From Octopus bimaculoides (taxonomy: Eukaryota), in contig NC_068988.1 of assembly GCF_001194135.2 (NCBI RefSeq), forward strand, positions 88,560,179 to 88,593,028: a stretch of 32,850 bases of DNA. The letters run 5' to 3'. The notes beneath the pieces were generated by a model. It made no database searches, was not told the origin of the DNA, and saw only the letters and a program-made list of their open reading frames with translations. The position numbers and the translations under genes are program-made. This document shows, piece by piece, positions 1-13,128 of this stretch (positions within the stretch are counted from its first letter, which is position 1; each line of letters starts with the position of its first letter).

Positions 1-290
1 TTGTAAGAGTATGTTTAGTTATTTCATAGATAGATAATCTTTGTCACCACTGTAACTGAACCGTTGTTCAACACGTAGTTCACATATAATTTCAATTTAT
101 TTTGGGAAGATGTATTTATGACATTATATTATAAGTTACTCAAATATCAATTAACTTTCATTTGTTGTCATGTGTAAATATATTCGCATTCATGTTTGAA
201 TTTACTTATTGTTTCAGCATTTCCCGTCTGCTACCGAGCACAAAAGAATGAAAATTTAATGTTTTATTCATGTATATATATGTGTGTGTG

Positions 291-322
<32 letters not shown>

Positions 323-596
323 CACACACATACTTATACACACATACATACACACACACCTCACACATATATATATGTATGTATGCATATACCTCTGTGT
401 GTGTATCTGTGTGTATACCTATACATTTGTTTATATACACATATATAAAATCATGTATACAAACAGAATATTGGATTATATATATGAGCACATACATAGA
501 TATATTACACATATACATATATACATACATACGTATACACACACACATATATTTATAAACAAACATATATGTGTGCATATATATATATATACATAC

Positions 597-652
<56 letters not shown>

Positions 653-1190
653 ATATGTATATATACATAAGTGGAACACAAACTACTATCTCTTCGTTCT
701 TATATTTTCTAATGATGGTTGGGAAATTATACACGCAAAATTATATTATAAAAGCAAGAGAAAATATAGACGAAACAAAGTGAAATTGTTTGCTAGACAA
801 ACATCAATATAAGCAGATGTCTGACCACGAAGAAAAAAATTATTAGAAACAAATATTTGCTTACTTCTAACTAAAGAATTTCCATTTAATTGCAGCAGTA
901 GAAAAGCACAATAGTTAGTAGTATTCTTAAAGGATGAGAGATAGGGAAATTATAGGATGGAAATGGTTTGACGGGGTTAAATTAAATTGTGGTCTCAGTT
1001 ACGTGCATAAAAATTATGCTTCTGAAGCTGCAGTTTGTCTATGATGGGTATGTCTTCTTGCGCACTAAGTATCCCCACTTATTCTACCTATTTGAATCTC
1101 AACGTTCAAACTCTTGTCTGGTTCAAAAAGGCATTAAGTACACTTATACGACCCAGTTAAAATTAATTCCCACCTAAAAACGATAGTTTT

Positions 1191-1345
1191 GGCGTGCAGG
1201 CGTACGTATGTGGTTAAGAAGATATTTTTCCAGCCACGTAGTATAGGGATGAGTCCCACTGCGTGGCACCTTGAACTCGTGTCTTCTACTATAGCCAGAG
1301 GCCGACCAATGTTTTGCTAGTGAATATTGTAGATGAAAACTGTAT
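1191..1345 (+). mobile_element. tRNA-derived SINE family A, degenerate 5' half
   Basis: Aligns by eye to the copy at 3223 (gtcccactgcgtggcaccttg...gtgtcttctactatagcc...ggccgacc). It is interrupted by the SINE at 1362-1756. Confidence 0.75.
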
Positions 1346-1361
1346 ACTTTCTTTGCATACT

Positions 1362-1756
1362 TTGTTGTTGTTGGCACTCCGTCGCTTACGACGTCGAGGT
1401 TTCCAGTTGATGCGATCAACGGAACAGCCTGCTCGTAAAATTAACGTGCAAGTGGCTGAGCACTCCACAGACACGTGTACCCTTAACGTAGTTCTCGGGG
1501 ATATTCAGCGTGACACAGAGTGTGACAAGGCTGACCCTTTGAATTACAGGCACAACTGAAACAGGAAGTAAGAGTGAGAGAAAGTTGTGGTGAAAGAGTA
1601 CAGCAGGGTTCGCCACCATCCCCTGCCGGAGCCTCGTGAAGCTTTAGGTGTTTTCGCTCAATAAACGCTCGCAACGTCTAGTCTGGGAATCGAAACCGTG
1701 ATCCTATGACCGCGAATCCGCTGCCCTAACCACTGGGCCATTGCGCCTCCACGTTA
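1362..1756 (-). mobile_element. tRNA-derived SINE family C (tRNA-Arg-like head), near full length
   Basis: The minus strand starts ggaggcgcaatggcccagtggttagggcagcggattcgcggtcataggatcacggtttcgattccc, with an A box, a TCG anticodon-like position and a B box. It has a body of about 390 bp and a (CAA)n tail. Candidate TSD catactt at 1356-1362 and 1757-1763. Resembles the published octopus OR-type SINEs (from memory). Confidence 0.85.
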
Positions 1757-1864
1757 CATACTTACATACATACATTCATACATAAATATACACCGACATC
1801 TTTATATATTATTTATATGTATGTATTTATATAAGCTTGTGTATATATTATTATATTTAGTTCT

Positions 1865-2095
1865 ATGTGTGTCCGTTTCTTTGTGTCTCTCCTGCGTTTG
1901 TCCCTAGTATGGCTTGACAACCGATGTAACATTGTTTCGGTGTCTGTAATTTACCTATTCATCAAAAGAAATCGATAAAATAAGTTTCAGACTTATAAGT
2001 AAATATTTGGATCGAAATGTTGAACTAAACCCGTCGAGGCAGCATCACTGCAAGATCGCAGCCAGTATTGAAGAATAAAATACACAAGATAAAGA
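1865..2095 (+). mobile_element. SINE family A, degenerate 3' half (continuation of 1191-1345)
   Basis: gcttgacaaccgatg...cgataaaataagt...actaaa matches the 3' half of the 3223 copy. Confidence 0.65.
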
Positions 2096-2569
2096 AGCAA
2101 AATGTATCGTTTATGTGTCTTCCATCTGTCTGTGCATGACAGAGCGGACTTAGCAGTGAGTTATTTGAGTTCAATAACTTCTCGTCTCCGAATCTGTCGA
2201 CGCATCCTCGGCAGTGCTATTTAACCCTAGGCCAACGCTGCTTCAGCCTAAACACCAACAGAGTATTTCGCGTCATACACTGGATTACATCATAGATATC
2301 TCTTTTAAAAGAAAGAAGACATTTTTGAGAGCAATGTGGCTGTTATTTCGTTAAGTCCATAAAACAACTGTACTCGAGTGCGTTAAATTAATACAGTCGT
2401 TTAAAACTAATTTTACGTGGCATCGAATTAAAGTTAAATATTTAATCAATGCCTTCTGTGAAATTCTAATGTCATTTTAGTTTCTTCACAATTAATAAAA
2501 ATCAATAATACAATAGAAATATTCTCATTTGAATTCTACTGAATATTTTAATGATTTTATTACATTATT

Positions 2570-2676
2570 AATATTATTATTATTATTATTGATATTCTTC
2601 TTCTTCTTATTATTATTATTAATGTTGTTGTTATTATTATTATTACTATTATTATCATTCTTCTTCTTCTTATCAC

Positions 2677-2726
<50 letters not shown>

Positions 2727-2848
2727 GTAGTAGTAGTAGTAGTAGTAGCAGTAGTAGTAGTAGTGGTAGTCGAAGTAGTAGAGTTGTAGTAGCAATGTTG
2801 ATGATGATGATAATTATGATGATGATGAAGATAATAATAATAATAATG

Positions 2849-2907
<59 letters not shown>

Positions 2908-2925
2908 AATAAATAAATATATAGA
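2570..2925. repeat. Compound trinucleotide microsatellite (TTA/TTC/ATC/GTA/GAT/AAT) ending in (AAAT)n
   Basis: Read directly from the sequence. Confidence 0.95.
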
Positions 2926-3222
2926 TAATCAGGATTTCATTTATTTGCCACCAGGGCGAAGGATAAGGGGGACAAAGACAATCATAAAGTGTTGGGGTTT
3001 ACATATAATGAAATGATAGAAAAAAGTAATAACTCGGTCACAAACAGATTAAAATAAGCGTTTCTCTTTTGACATTAATATATGGTAGGTAAAGTGATTC
3101 ATTTTCAAAGAATGTTTCACAATTACATATTCGACGATACCAGATGCGTCTGTTTATACTTTTATGAATATATGTATGCATATATGCTTATATATATGAA
3201 TATATATATACATATATGTCAT

Positions 3223-3609
3223 AGGCGCAGGAGTGACTGTGTGGTAAGTAGCTTGCTTACCAACCACATGGTTCCGGGTTCATTGCTACTGCGTGGCACA
3301 TTGGGCAAGTGTCTTCTACTATAGCCTCAGGCCGACCAAAGCCATGTGAGTGGATTTGGTAGACGGAAACTGAAAGAAGCCCGTCTTATATATGTATATA
3401 CATATATATGTATGTGTGTGTATGTGTATATGTTTGTGTCTGTGTTTGTCCCCCCAACATCACTTGACAACCGATGGTGGTCTGTTACGTCCCCGTAACT
3501 TAGCGGTTCGGCAAAAGAGACCGATAGAATAAGTACTAGGCATCCAAAGAATAAGTCCTGGGGTCGATTTGTTCGACTAAATGACCGAACAAATAAAATA
3601 GTAAAGAGT
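3223..3609 (+). mobile_element. SINE family A, near full length, with an internal TA/TG microsatellite
   Basis: tRNA-like head (ggcgcaggagtgactgtgtggtaag...ggttccgggttca), central simple repeat, and 3' block aataagtactagg...aagaataagtcctggggtcgatttgttcgactaaa. Homologous copies lie at 1191, 11007, 27285 and 30241. Confidence 0.9.
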
Positions 3610-4336
3610 ATATATGTGTATATCTGGTATATATGAATGTTTGTATGTATGTATATGAATACACGCACATTTATATGTATTTATATGGGTGTATGTATTA
3701 TGTGTTCAGGTAACAACGTAAACGTTATCAAGTAATACACATTTTCAAATACTATATTTGCTGTTAAGTAGCCGCTATACCTCTCCCAAATCACGCGCCA
3801 CTATCTTAAATTGGAAAAATACATTGTATTAACTATTCGAAGTGTACATTATGTCGGAATAAAAGATTCAATGGGCAATGGTTGTAACACCTTATTTATA
3901 ACTCTATTGAGTTGCAGCCGACTTACAATGTTTGTCTTCTTAATAAAATATTACATTGACCCGTAACAATATAATCCATTTGCTCAAAATAATGTATCTG
4001 TTACATTGATTGATAATAAATATCATTCTTGCTTAGCAAGGAACTAAAGTCTTCTGTAAAGTTAGGACAAGATGTTTCACATTTATCTTTCTTTTACAAT
4101 TAGATTTTCTGACAATAACAACCAAGTCTTTGTTTTCTTTCTCCAGATCAGATTCAAATTTCAGCCCATTTAGAATGATGGTATTTTGCTGGCCTCATTA
4201 AGTCCATCATCATCTTCTATCTGAATTATCTAAAATCATGCCAGTGGTCCATTTGCGTTGTTTAGATAATAGTTTATATTACCCAAATGAAAAATTATAT
4301 TTCTGTGCCTAACTGTACGTTAAACAGAAGTTTAAT

Positions 4337-4531
4337 GAATAGGCGCACATGTGGCCGAATATTCTTCAACATATAACGTAATTCATTCTTTGAAAGAACA
4401 TGTGTGAAATGAAAAGTTAGGTTAGTGTCCCAACTGTGATGTAAATTGAAGTACTTTTTGTTTAGTGAATAGGTGTACATGTGGCTGAATATTCCTCAAT
4501 TTATAAGGTAATTCATTCTTTGAAAGAACAT
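4337..4531. repeat. Two diverged direct copies of a ~65-bp unit, period 130 bp
   Basis: gaatagg.g.acatgtgg..gaatatt..tcaa..tataa.gtaattcattctttgaaagaacat at about 4337-4401 and 4467-4531. Confidence 0.85.
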
Positions 4532-5647
4532 TTATGACATGGCTGGTCCTGTAAATGAGAGGTACAGTCGATTCGATGGATTTCCATCCAGAAGTCGTCT
4601 TCCCATTTACACTCAGCTATACCAAATTTTACTGCTTCTACATATCATTGGATGGAATGAAAAAACATGTTTAAATATTTGCAACCTAAATTCTTAATAT
4701 AATGCGACACAGTTATTAATCTCAACGACAACGTGGTTTCTATCAGATATTTATAACTATGTAATACAAGACTTGTTCAATAAGTGTACATCATGGCAAG
4801 TTGTCGCAACTTCATGAGAAATATAGTGAAGAATTAATACTCTAAGGCCGAGTAAGTTACGTTGTCACGTCGAAGTGAGAGGTGAAGAGCGATAGAAAAA
4901 AAGAGAGGGAAGTGTTAACACGTAAGGTAAGGGAACAACAAGAGTTACCATGTAGATCAAATAGAAAAACTGTAAATGCATATGGCTGAAAGTTACAACA
5001 TTCGCAACATGAATATTCTCTGAAATCACTGTGAAGCTGTTAGGTTTATGAACCTCTGAACATCTGGGAGAATGGGCAAGTGATGTTCCCTGAATTACAG
5101 ACTTGTCTAGAAGAAGAGAAAGTTTCTTTTTTAAATGAAAATAATACACAATATACAATTTCAAAAGAAACACTGATTTTTATTTTTCTACATTAATTTC
5201 CAGCGACCTAAAATGTCTCCACGTGTACCAGTAGAAATATTACCAAGTCATAAAGTAGGAATTACGATCTTTCTGAATTTGACAGGGACAATATTGAATT
5301 ATTTTATTTTTATGAAAACTTTTTTATAAAATAACAGAAGTGTAGTCTCATTTATGTCACATACAGACGAAATCACACTTATACACACACAAAGACGCCC
5401 CCACAAACATTTCAATTTAATTCTAAATTTATTAGTTTATATACGAATAGGTATATTTATACACACACACACACACACACACACCACACACACACACAAA
5501 CACATATATATATATATATTTAGACGTATTTATACACACATATAACAAAACACTCACACACTAAACACATATTTCCTTACACACACATTTGTACAAGAAT
5601 CTATATTTCCCTCTCCATCTCTCTCTCTCTCTCTCCTTATATACATA

Positions 5648-5683
5648 CTAGCAGAAAGACCGCTCTGCGGGCGGTTTTCTGCC
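5648..5683 (-). mobile_element. Probable Helitron 3' terminus (GC-rich hairpin followed by CTAG|T); element extends rightwards, other end not defined
   Basis: The minus strand reads gcagaaaaccgcccgcagagcggtctttctgCTAG then T. A hairpin followed by CTRR and a flanking T is the canonical Helitron 3' signature. Confidence 0.5.
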
Positions 5684-6731
5684 AACCCCTTGATAATATT
5701 TTCACATTTGATTCCGAATTCTAATAATTTTCATATTTTACATCTGATTATTTCTTTGTATAATAGTGTTCACTTGCTTAGTAAATATTGCTTTCATTAT
5801 TTTATCACTCATAATCTCACTTTTTTAAACAAACATCACGGTAGTCCAACAACAGAGGGAGAGCAATTTGACAAGCTTTACCTTCCCCTCGAAGCAACAT
5901 TGTGATTTTAATTCAGCAAACTATATGTAAGCTTTGCAGTGTGTGGGCGTGAAAGAGAGAGGGAGAGAGAGTATATAGGGATTTTTCTGAGGTGGTGAAG
6001 GGAGGGGTTTCGGAAAACTCACACGATTTGATTTTCACCCTCATAACTTTCAGGAATATGGGTATCTTTTAATGAAAAGGTATACAAATCTCTTTGAAAG
6101 AGCATAAATTACGATTATAAAGAAATTTGCAGTGAAAATGTTTTCGGAGATTTTCCCCATTTTTTTTTTTAGCCACATACTTCGAAATGATGAGGCTTGA
6201 GGAGAGACATCTTTATTTGAAAAATATTTTGAAAACTCTTTTTTTCACACATCCTTCACTCATCATACCGCTCCGGACCTATTTTGGCCATTTTTTTGGC
6301 TCTTCAAAACCATGAAAAGAACATTTTCCGTGAATTTTTTTTTTTCAATTGTTAATATTTTCAGAGCGAAAAGTGAGTCATTTAAGGGAGATTTGGCTGT
6401 TGTCTCTAGCACATCCAAAGACAAACCTACTCGTTCCTTTATCACTCACGCATGTATTGATGTTTCAATATTTTCCCCCATAAATATACTTATTTGCTAT
6501 AAAAGAAAATTTGAGAAATTATCAACTTTTTGCAACCTCACTCCCAGTCACCGATTGCTTCTGTTAAAATATTGGAGAGCCTGAGATGCTCATTGCTGGC
6601 ATTAAAAAAAATACGGATATGTACTTGCATGTAAGTGACTTGATCTGAGATTGTGTGCTGGAACAAAAAGAATTGGAGCGTAGAAGATGTTTGTAAGGCA
6701 TTGAAGAACACATAAAAACCGTTAGTTTCAC

Positions 6732-6932
6732 GGCACTACTTAAATACAGAGGTCCCGATTCATCTACGTAACAATATGAAGGTAACGGTTAGTTTTTAGG
6801 GTTAGTGTTTAGGGTTATGGTTAGTGCTTAGGGTTAGGGTTAGTTTTAGGGTTAGGGCTAAGATATCCTTACACGACCACACAGCGTACATTTAAAATGT
6901 TTTGTATGTAACACCTGTATTTAAGCAGTGCC
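6732..6932. mobile_element. ~200-bp MITE-like element with 18-bp TIRs enclosing degenerate TTAGGG repeats
   Basis: ggcactacttaaatacag (6732-6749) versus the reverse complement of 6915-6932, ggcactgcttaaatacag: 17/18 identical. GGTTAG-based repeats at about 6787-6858. No TSD seen. Confidence 0.65.
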
Positions 6933-7811
6933 ATTAAGGGCCTCTATATTTAAGTTTCGAGTACTTGTCGGCAACTTTCTTTTTCTCCTCATCTTCTGAT
7001 AGTAATTACCCAACTTTCTAGGCTCTTCTCCCAGCTATCCCGCTTTCAAAATTTATACGGGTATTTAAAAAAAATTTCAATCAATAAATAATATTTTTAC
7101 ATTAATAGAATTAAACTATCAGTTTTCCAAAAAGTGAATTAAACTTAAAATAGAAAGTGAGAGACTTTGCAAATGAAAATGGAATACACCGCCGTGAATG
7201 CAATGAATATTTAAATTTGCGAGAAATGGCAGTTAAAAAATTCAATACACTTGAGAAGTCGAAATTATAGAAAATTTCTTTGAACATGAATTTGTAAAAA
7301 TATTTCCAGATGGGCAACCTTTTGATAATTGCTTTATTTAGTACTTTTAGTAATTGTTACATACCGAATTACCAAGCAGCTTTCTCCATTATAGTATAGA
7401 TGCATGTATGTATAACTACGTTACAAATCACAAAACAGGCCTTAAATTAGCATTGGAAATGAAGTGGACTTTCAAACCTAGTTTATTTAAAGACTGATCC
7501 ATACCCTCTTATCAGATTGTCGGTCGAAAGGGAACCGAGACCTCCTTGTGCTCCCCGCAGTTAATACAATACAGGCTGAATAATCTATTATATATTCAGT
7601 GAAGAAACAAACATGTTGAACTAATACATCAGTCCAAGATAAATAAGGAAGTAAGGTATTTGCTCATGCATGCTGTGAGAGACATGCAACTTGTTTTGCA
7701 TCCTTGTTTCATATACGCTTCTTACATCAATTATTGTGCACTGTTATTGATAAATATTTTACGAAACATTAAAATAGACATGCAAGCTTTAGTTTCGCAC
7801 GAACTACAGAA

Positions 7812-7843
<32 letters not shown>

Positions 7844-8027
7844 AAAACAGACAAAAACACACACACAGAACGACACACACACACGCATGCACGTACACAC
7901 ACACACACACACACCCACACACTCACACATGGTCTTAGAGTCCAGAAACCTCCACGCACGAATTACAATGCGACATTTATATGCACACAGTTACATATAA
8001 AGCTCTCTCTATCTCTATCCCTCTCAC

Positions 8028-8061
<34 letters not shown>

Positions 8062-8460
8062 ACACACACATATGTTCACAACAATTCAATTTGGGTACTG
8101 ACCTCGTTGTTTGGTATTTGCATATTTTCGTTTCATTCTTTTGTTCGCTTCGTCCACTATCTTTCTTCGCCAGTTAATTTGAATTCGTGGTTTGCGAGAT
8201 ATTGTTATTTATTGTTTCATTGTGATATACAAATGAAATTATCCTATATCATGAACGTGGGGAATGTAAATACACCTGAAGAATCGCCACTAAAAATATT
8301 GCTGAAATAATTGGGATTTGATATATGATTTCATGTTTTATATTATAATGTTTCTGCAATGAACTTCTGGTAAAGTAGGGATACATTAATTGTAGTAACA
8401 TGCAATATAAAACGCTGTACATTCCAATTTCGTTGTTAATGTATATATATTCTCTATGAC

Positions 8461-8964
8461 ATAGGTAAATTTTATGGTGCCGATCACTTAAAAGAACACA
8501 TATGTCAGAAAGGGTTTTTAAAACTCTGTCCTGGAGATGTTTCGCTCAAAGGTGACCAACGTTCTGGTCGACCTACTGAATTTGATGATGACCAAATCAA
8601 AGCCATAATTGAATCTGATTGTCAGATAACTGTGCGAGAGATTGCAGAAGGGTTAAATGTGTTACAGACAACAATTGTAAATCATTTAAAATGTCTTGGC
8701 CTCGTTAAGAATCTCGATATTTGGGTGCGACATAAATTAAAAAAGATTCATTTAAAAGAACGAATTAATATTTGCGATATGCATCCCAAACGCAATGAAA
8801 TCGATCTTTTTTTGAAACTGGTGATGACAAATGTATCGTCTGCAATAACATCTATCGAAAACGATCATGGCCCAAGCATAATGAACTAGCATAAACCACA
8901 TCGAGAAAAGAATTGCATTTAGAAAGGGCCATGGAGTCACTTTGGTGGAATTTCTAAGGTGTTG
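8461..8964 (+). mobile_element. Mariner transposase fragment (HTH region to start of the DDD domain), pseudogenised
   Basis: Translates as GDVSLKGDQRSGRPTEFDDDQIKAIIE...TVREIAEGLNV...WVRHKL (WVPHEL-like). After a frameshift it continues DDKCIVCNNIYRKRSW...LWWNF*GV, matching the mariner TGDEKW...KRSW...WWD region. Confidence 0.92.
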
Positions 8965-9077
8965 CGTGAGAGAGACGGAAGAGAGAAAGAGGAAGAGGGA
9001 GAGAGAAGGAGAAGGAGAGAGAAAGAGAAAACGAGGTAGAGAAAGGGCAATGTTGATATAGATTAGAAGTGTACACG

Positions 9078-9129
<52 letters not shown>

Positions 9130-9469
9130 TAGATACATACATATATACATACGTACGTACATACATACATACATACATACATTCATATAGATACATACAT
9201 AGGCACACAAGATAGAACGCACAAAAATTCTGACACGCACGTATATGCACATACATTTATACTATGTGAGAGCAGTTATTACAATAATAACAACAGTGTA
9301 ATAATAATGATGATGATAATAATAATAATAATGATAATAATAATAATAATAATAATAATGATGATGATGATGATGATAACGAAATGATAATAAGAATAAG
9401 AATAATAATGACGATGATGATAATTATATTATTAATAATAATAATAATACGAAGAAGAATGATGATGGC

Positions 9470-9479
9470 NNNNNNNNNN
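9470..9479. other. Assembly gap (10 N) inside a trinucleotide tract
   Basis: N run. Confidence 1.
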
Positions 9480-9541
<62 letters not shown>

Positions 9542-10010
9542 TTGCACATGATGACATCACGGAAAGGTAAACCTTTTGTAGATGTTTCCTTAAATAAACT
9601 CGAATAAAAATAGTTTTTGTTTGTTTTTTTTTCAGTCACGAAATTATAAATTTTTCCTTCAAGTTTCCTAAACTGTTCCCCAATGCTTTTTATACGCCTC
9701 ATAGTTTGTCGTCTTCTAATGTAAAAACGAAAATGAACTAATAGACTTTGTATACTTTTCGAGGCATCAAAACCTTTGATATTTTTAGCACATCAACAAT
9801 ATATTGATTTATATGTAACTGCTATAATGTACTATATCTTTCGATATATAGTTCAAACCAATTCCCGTAGGTTTTCATTTCCTAGCTTAGTAAAAATATA
9901 TTTGGTGATACAATTAAATAATTGAGTGAATCTGCACTAAACATTACTACCTACCTAGGAACATCGAACTGTCTTAAAAAATGATAATAGATATTTGAGG
10001 GGAAGATATA

Positions 10011-10785
10011 CAAAATGGGGTAGAGAGGACGGCGGTGTTTTAAAAATTCACAAAGTCATTAATTTGAGCTGCAAACAAATTTTATTGACATCAATGTGTT
10101 CTTATTGAAATAGCATTTGTCAAAATTAAGTGTGAAAAGCAACATCCATCATGTGGTGCCTGTTTTCATTGATGCAGTTTTCAATGCGTTCTTGGAAGTT
10201 GACCGCAGCATTGCCCTGTCAATTTGAGTGACTTCTACGCGAATAGCTTCCTTGAAATCGTCCAGTGTCCGGGGGCTTATGCGCATACACATAAGCTTTG
10301 AGGTTTCCTCACAAGAAATAGTCACACACGGACAAATCAGGAGATGGAAGGCAAACCTGGAAATGAGGCGGTCACCGAAGAGAGGGTGAAATACGTCCAT
10401 TCATGGTTCGGTTGTGTGGGCCGGGTAGAAATACAGGTCTTCATGCAAAATACACCTTAGCGATCGATTACCGATGCAACGTTCAGTGGATTGCCTCCGT
10501 ATCAAAGCTTGTCTGATGCGTTCCACATTTTCCAGGGTCCGTATCGTTCGTGGCGCCTCCATCAGTCTTCAATTTATTACTGTACCTCGTGTACGAAGTG
10601 CATTCACCTAACGTAAAATTGTGTTACGGGTAGAAACAGCCTGATTTCGGTGAATGTTGATGTAGCGCCGAAAGACTCGCTGAACTGCGTTGACAAACTC
10701 ATTATTCTTCATGTAACTTTTGTAGGAAAACACGCGATGCTTTAACGCCCAACGGTAGAGGGGAAACTGACAGAAGCGTATATAT
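10011..10785 (-). mobile_element. Internally deleted Tc1/mariner-superfamily element (DUF4817-type N-terminus, rosa/DD41D-like); 5' end lost in a gap
   Basis: N-terminus WALKHRVFSYKSYMKNNEFVNAVQRVFRRYINIHRNQAVSTRNTILR. C-terminus LFGDRLISR / PSPDLSVCDYFL*GNLKAYVY / RTLDDFKEAIR / ERIENCINENRHHMMDVAFHT*. Most of the catalytic core is missing. A TA lies next to the putative end at 10009-10010. Confidence 0.85.
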
Positions 10786-10946
10786 NNNNNNNNNNNNNNN
10801 NNNNNNNNNNNNNNNNNNNNNNNNNNNNNNNNNNNNNNNNNNNNNNNNNNNNNNNNNNNNNNNNNNNNNNNNNNNNNNNNNNNNNNNNNNNNNNNNNNNN
10901 NNNNNNNNNNNNNNNNNNNNNNNNNNNNNNNNNNNNNNNNNNNNNN
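10786..10946. other. Assembly gap (161 N) flanked by (TA)n
   Basis: N run. Confidence 1.
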
Positions 10947-10999
<53 letters not shown>

Positions 11000-11006
11000 A
11001 TTTATG

Positions 11007-11170
11007 TGTGTTCGTCTTTGTGTCTGTGTTTACGTCCACATAACTTAGCAGTTCAGTAAACATGACTAATAGAATAAGTACTGCGGTCGATATGTCCGGC
11101 TAAAAGCCTCAAAGTATTGCTCTAACACGGCCACAGTCAAATGACTGAAACAAACAAAAGTATAAAGGAA
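11007..11170 (+). mobile_element. SINE family A, 3' half
   Basis: tttacgtccacataacttagcagttc...atagaataagtact...ggccacagtcaaatgactgaaaca is shared with the 3223, 27285 and 30241 copies. Confidence 0.8.
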
Positions 11171-11236
11171 TATGTGTGTATGTGCTTGTGTGCGTGTGTG
11201 CGTGTCTGTATGTGAGTCTGGGTGTGTGTCTCTGCG

Positions 11237-11267
<31 letters not shown>

Positions 11268-11891
11268 GTGTGTGTGTGTATGTGTGCGTATACGTCTTAG
11301 TTGCTTTATGCTGAATAGAAATATATGATGCCACTTGAAATTTTATGGTGGTTGTTTGTGTTTTGTGACTGTAACAATACTATTACGATAGCATTTACAA
11401 TAAGGATTGCTCTTTTAAATATGAAAGCATAGTATAAAATTGCTTTATCATGGCTGGATTGCATCTTTAGCGATACAATACAGCTGTAGATTTTGTACGA
11501 GTGTGACACTTATAAGCTTCAGAATGCCTCATTTATAACTTTTATAAAGAACAGCATCTCGGTGTGACACATGACATAACAAAAAGAGAAAAAAGACTCT
11601 AGGGAATTATTTTCAATGAATAGATAGAAGTTATCGGTTTCTCATAATTTTAAAACATTACACCAAAACAGACTTCAATCGTCAAACTTCCAAGATAGTC
11701 TTCCTTCTGTGCAAATTGCTTCTGATAGAATTCTCAAGAGGGAAGAAACAGTGAAAGAATCTTCTCTGAGATAATGCTGTTAGGATTTCAAAAGTCCTAG
11801 TTATTTATGAGTATTTGGAACAAATATGGAACATAATAATCAGAGACAATTCTACATATTTACATACAAACGTAAAGGCTCGCATCTACTC

Positions 11892-11963
<72 letters not shown>

Positions 11964-12529
11964 TTATACACACACTCACCCCCGTATACACACATACCCA
12001 CACACGCACACACACATACACCCACACATATACATATATGTGTCTTGATAATGCCTGCACTGAATATTAGAAAGTGGATTATTTGCACTAACTATGAAAT
12101 CATATGACTTGCGACTGCATCCATCTGTTTTTAACAGTCGACTTCCAAGTTACATTCCCTAGCTGTCTATTCTATACATTTATTTTGGTAGTTTTGACTT
12201 TAAGAGTCCCTCATAGCGTTAGGTATTTACGTGTAGTACTGCCCTTAATATAATAAATATATACACGTTCATATATTTTTTTGTCTACGCGTAATTTTGA
12301 TATCGATCAATCAATATACGTGTATGTATGTTATTACATATATGTATGTATGTAACTCCCTCCCGCTCTCTATCACTCTGAATACATACGTACACAGACT
12401 CACAAACAGAAACACACAGACAGAGACACACAGACACAGATACAGACACACACACGCTCACACATATATACATGTTTATAAATACATATGATTAAATTCA
12501 TGTGTGTACAAAGGTATGCATGTAGTTAT

Positions 12530-12632
<103 letters not shown>

Positions 12633-12887
12633 CAAGCACAAACCCACACAATCAAATGCACACTCACAACACACATACATATATACATGGCATTGTGTGG
12701 ACGAACGAAAGAAAGAGGCACCCACTACATGTGGTAGGAGCTACATCTATTAATATTTTCTGATCACTGTTTCATTCCGGCTGCATACAATTCAATATTC
12801 TGTCACCTAAACCTGACGAGTTAGATTCGTTTGATGAGCCTAGGAATTTTGTAAGTTCCATGGAGCCGAATCAAGCTGTTATTACAT

Positions 12888-13128
<241 letters not shown>

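Noticed and set aside
196-812. ORFs of 120-180 aa rich in H/T/Y/I/C/V, and similar ORFs throughout the track (for example 10608, 16681, 20423, 24906, 25446, 30904)
   Set aside because: They are translations of (CA)n, (TA)n, (TATG)n and (TCTA)n tracts, which lack stops in some frames.
1680-1750. tRNA-like sequence
   Set aside because: It is the head of a SINE: no complete acceptor stem, and it is followed by the SINE body. It is not a tRNA gene.
6787-6858. True telomere or chromosome-fusion scar
   Set aside because: The array is short, degenerate, single-orientation and enclosed by TIRs.
7100-7400. Possible hAT dimerisation-domain remnant on the + strand
   Set aside because: Only vague similarity (...AAFS) with several stops; not supportable.
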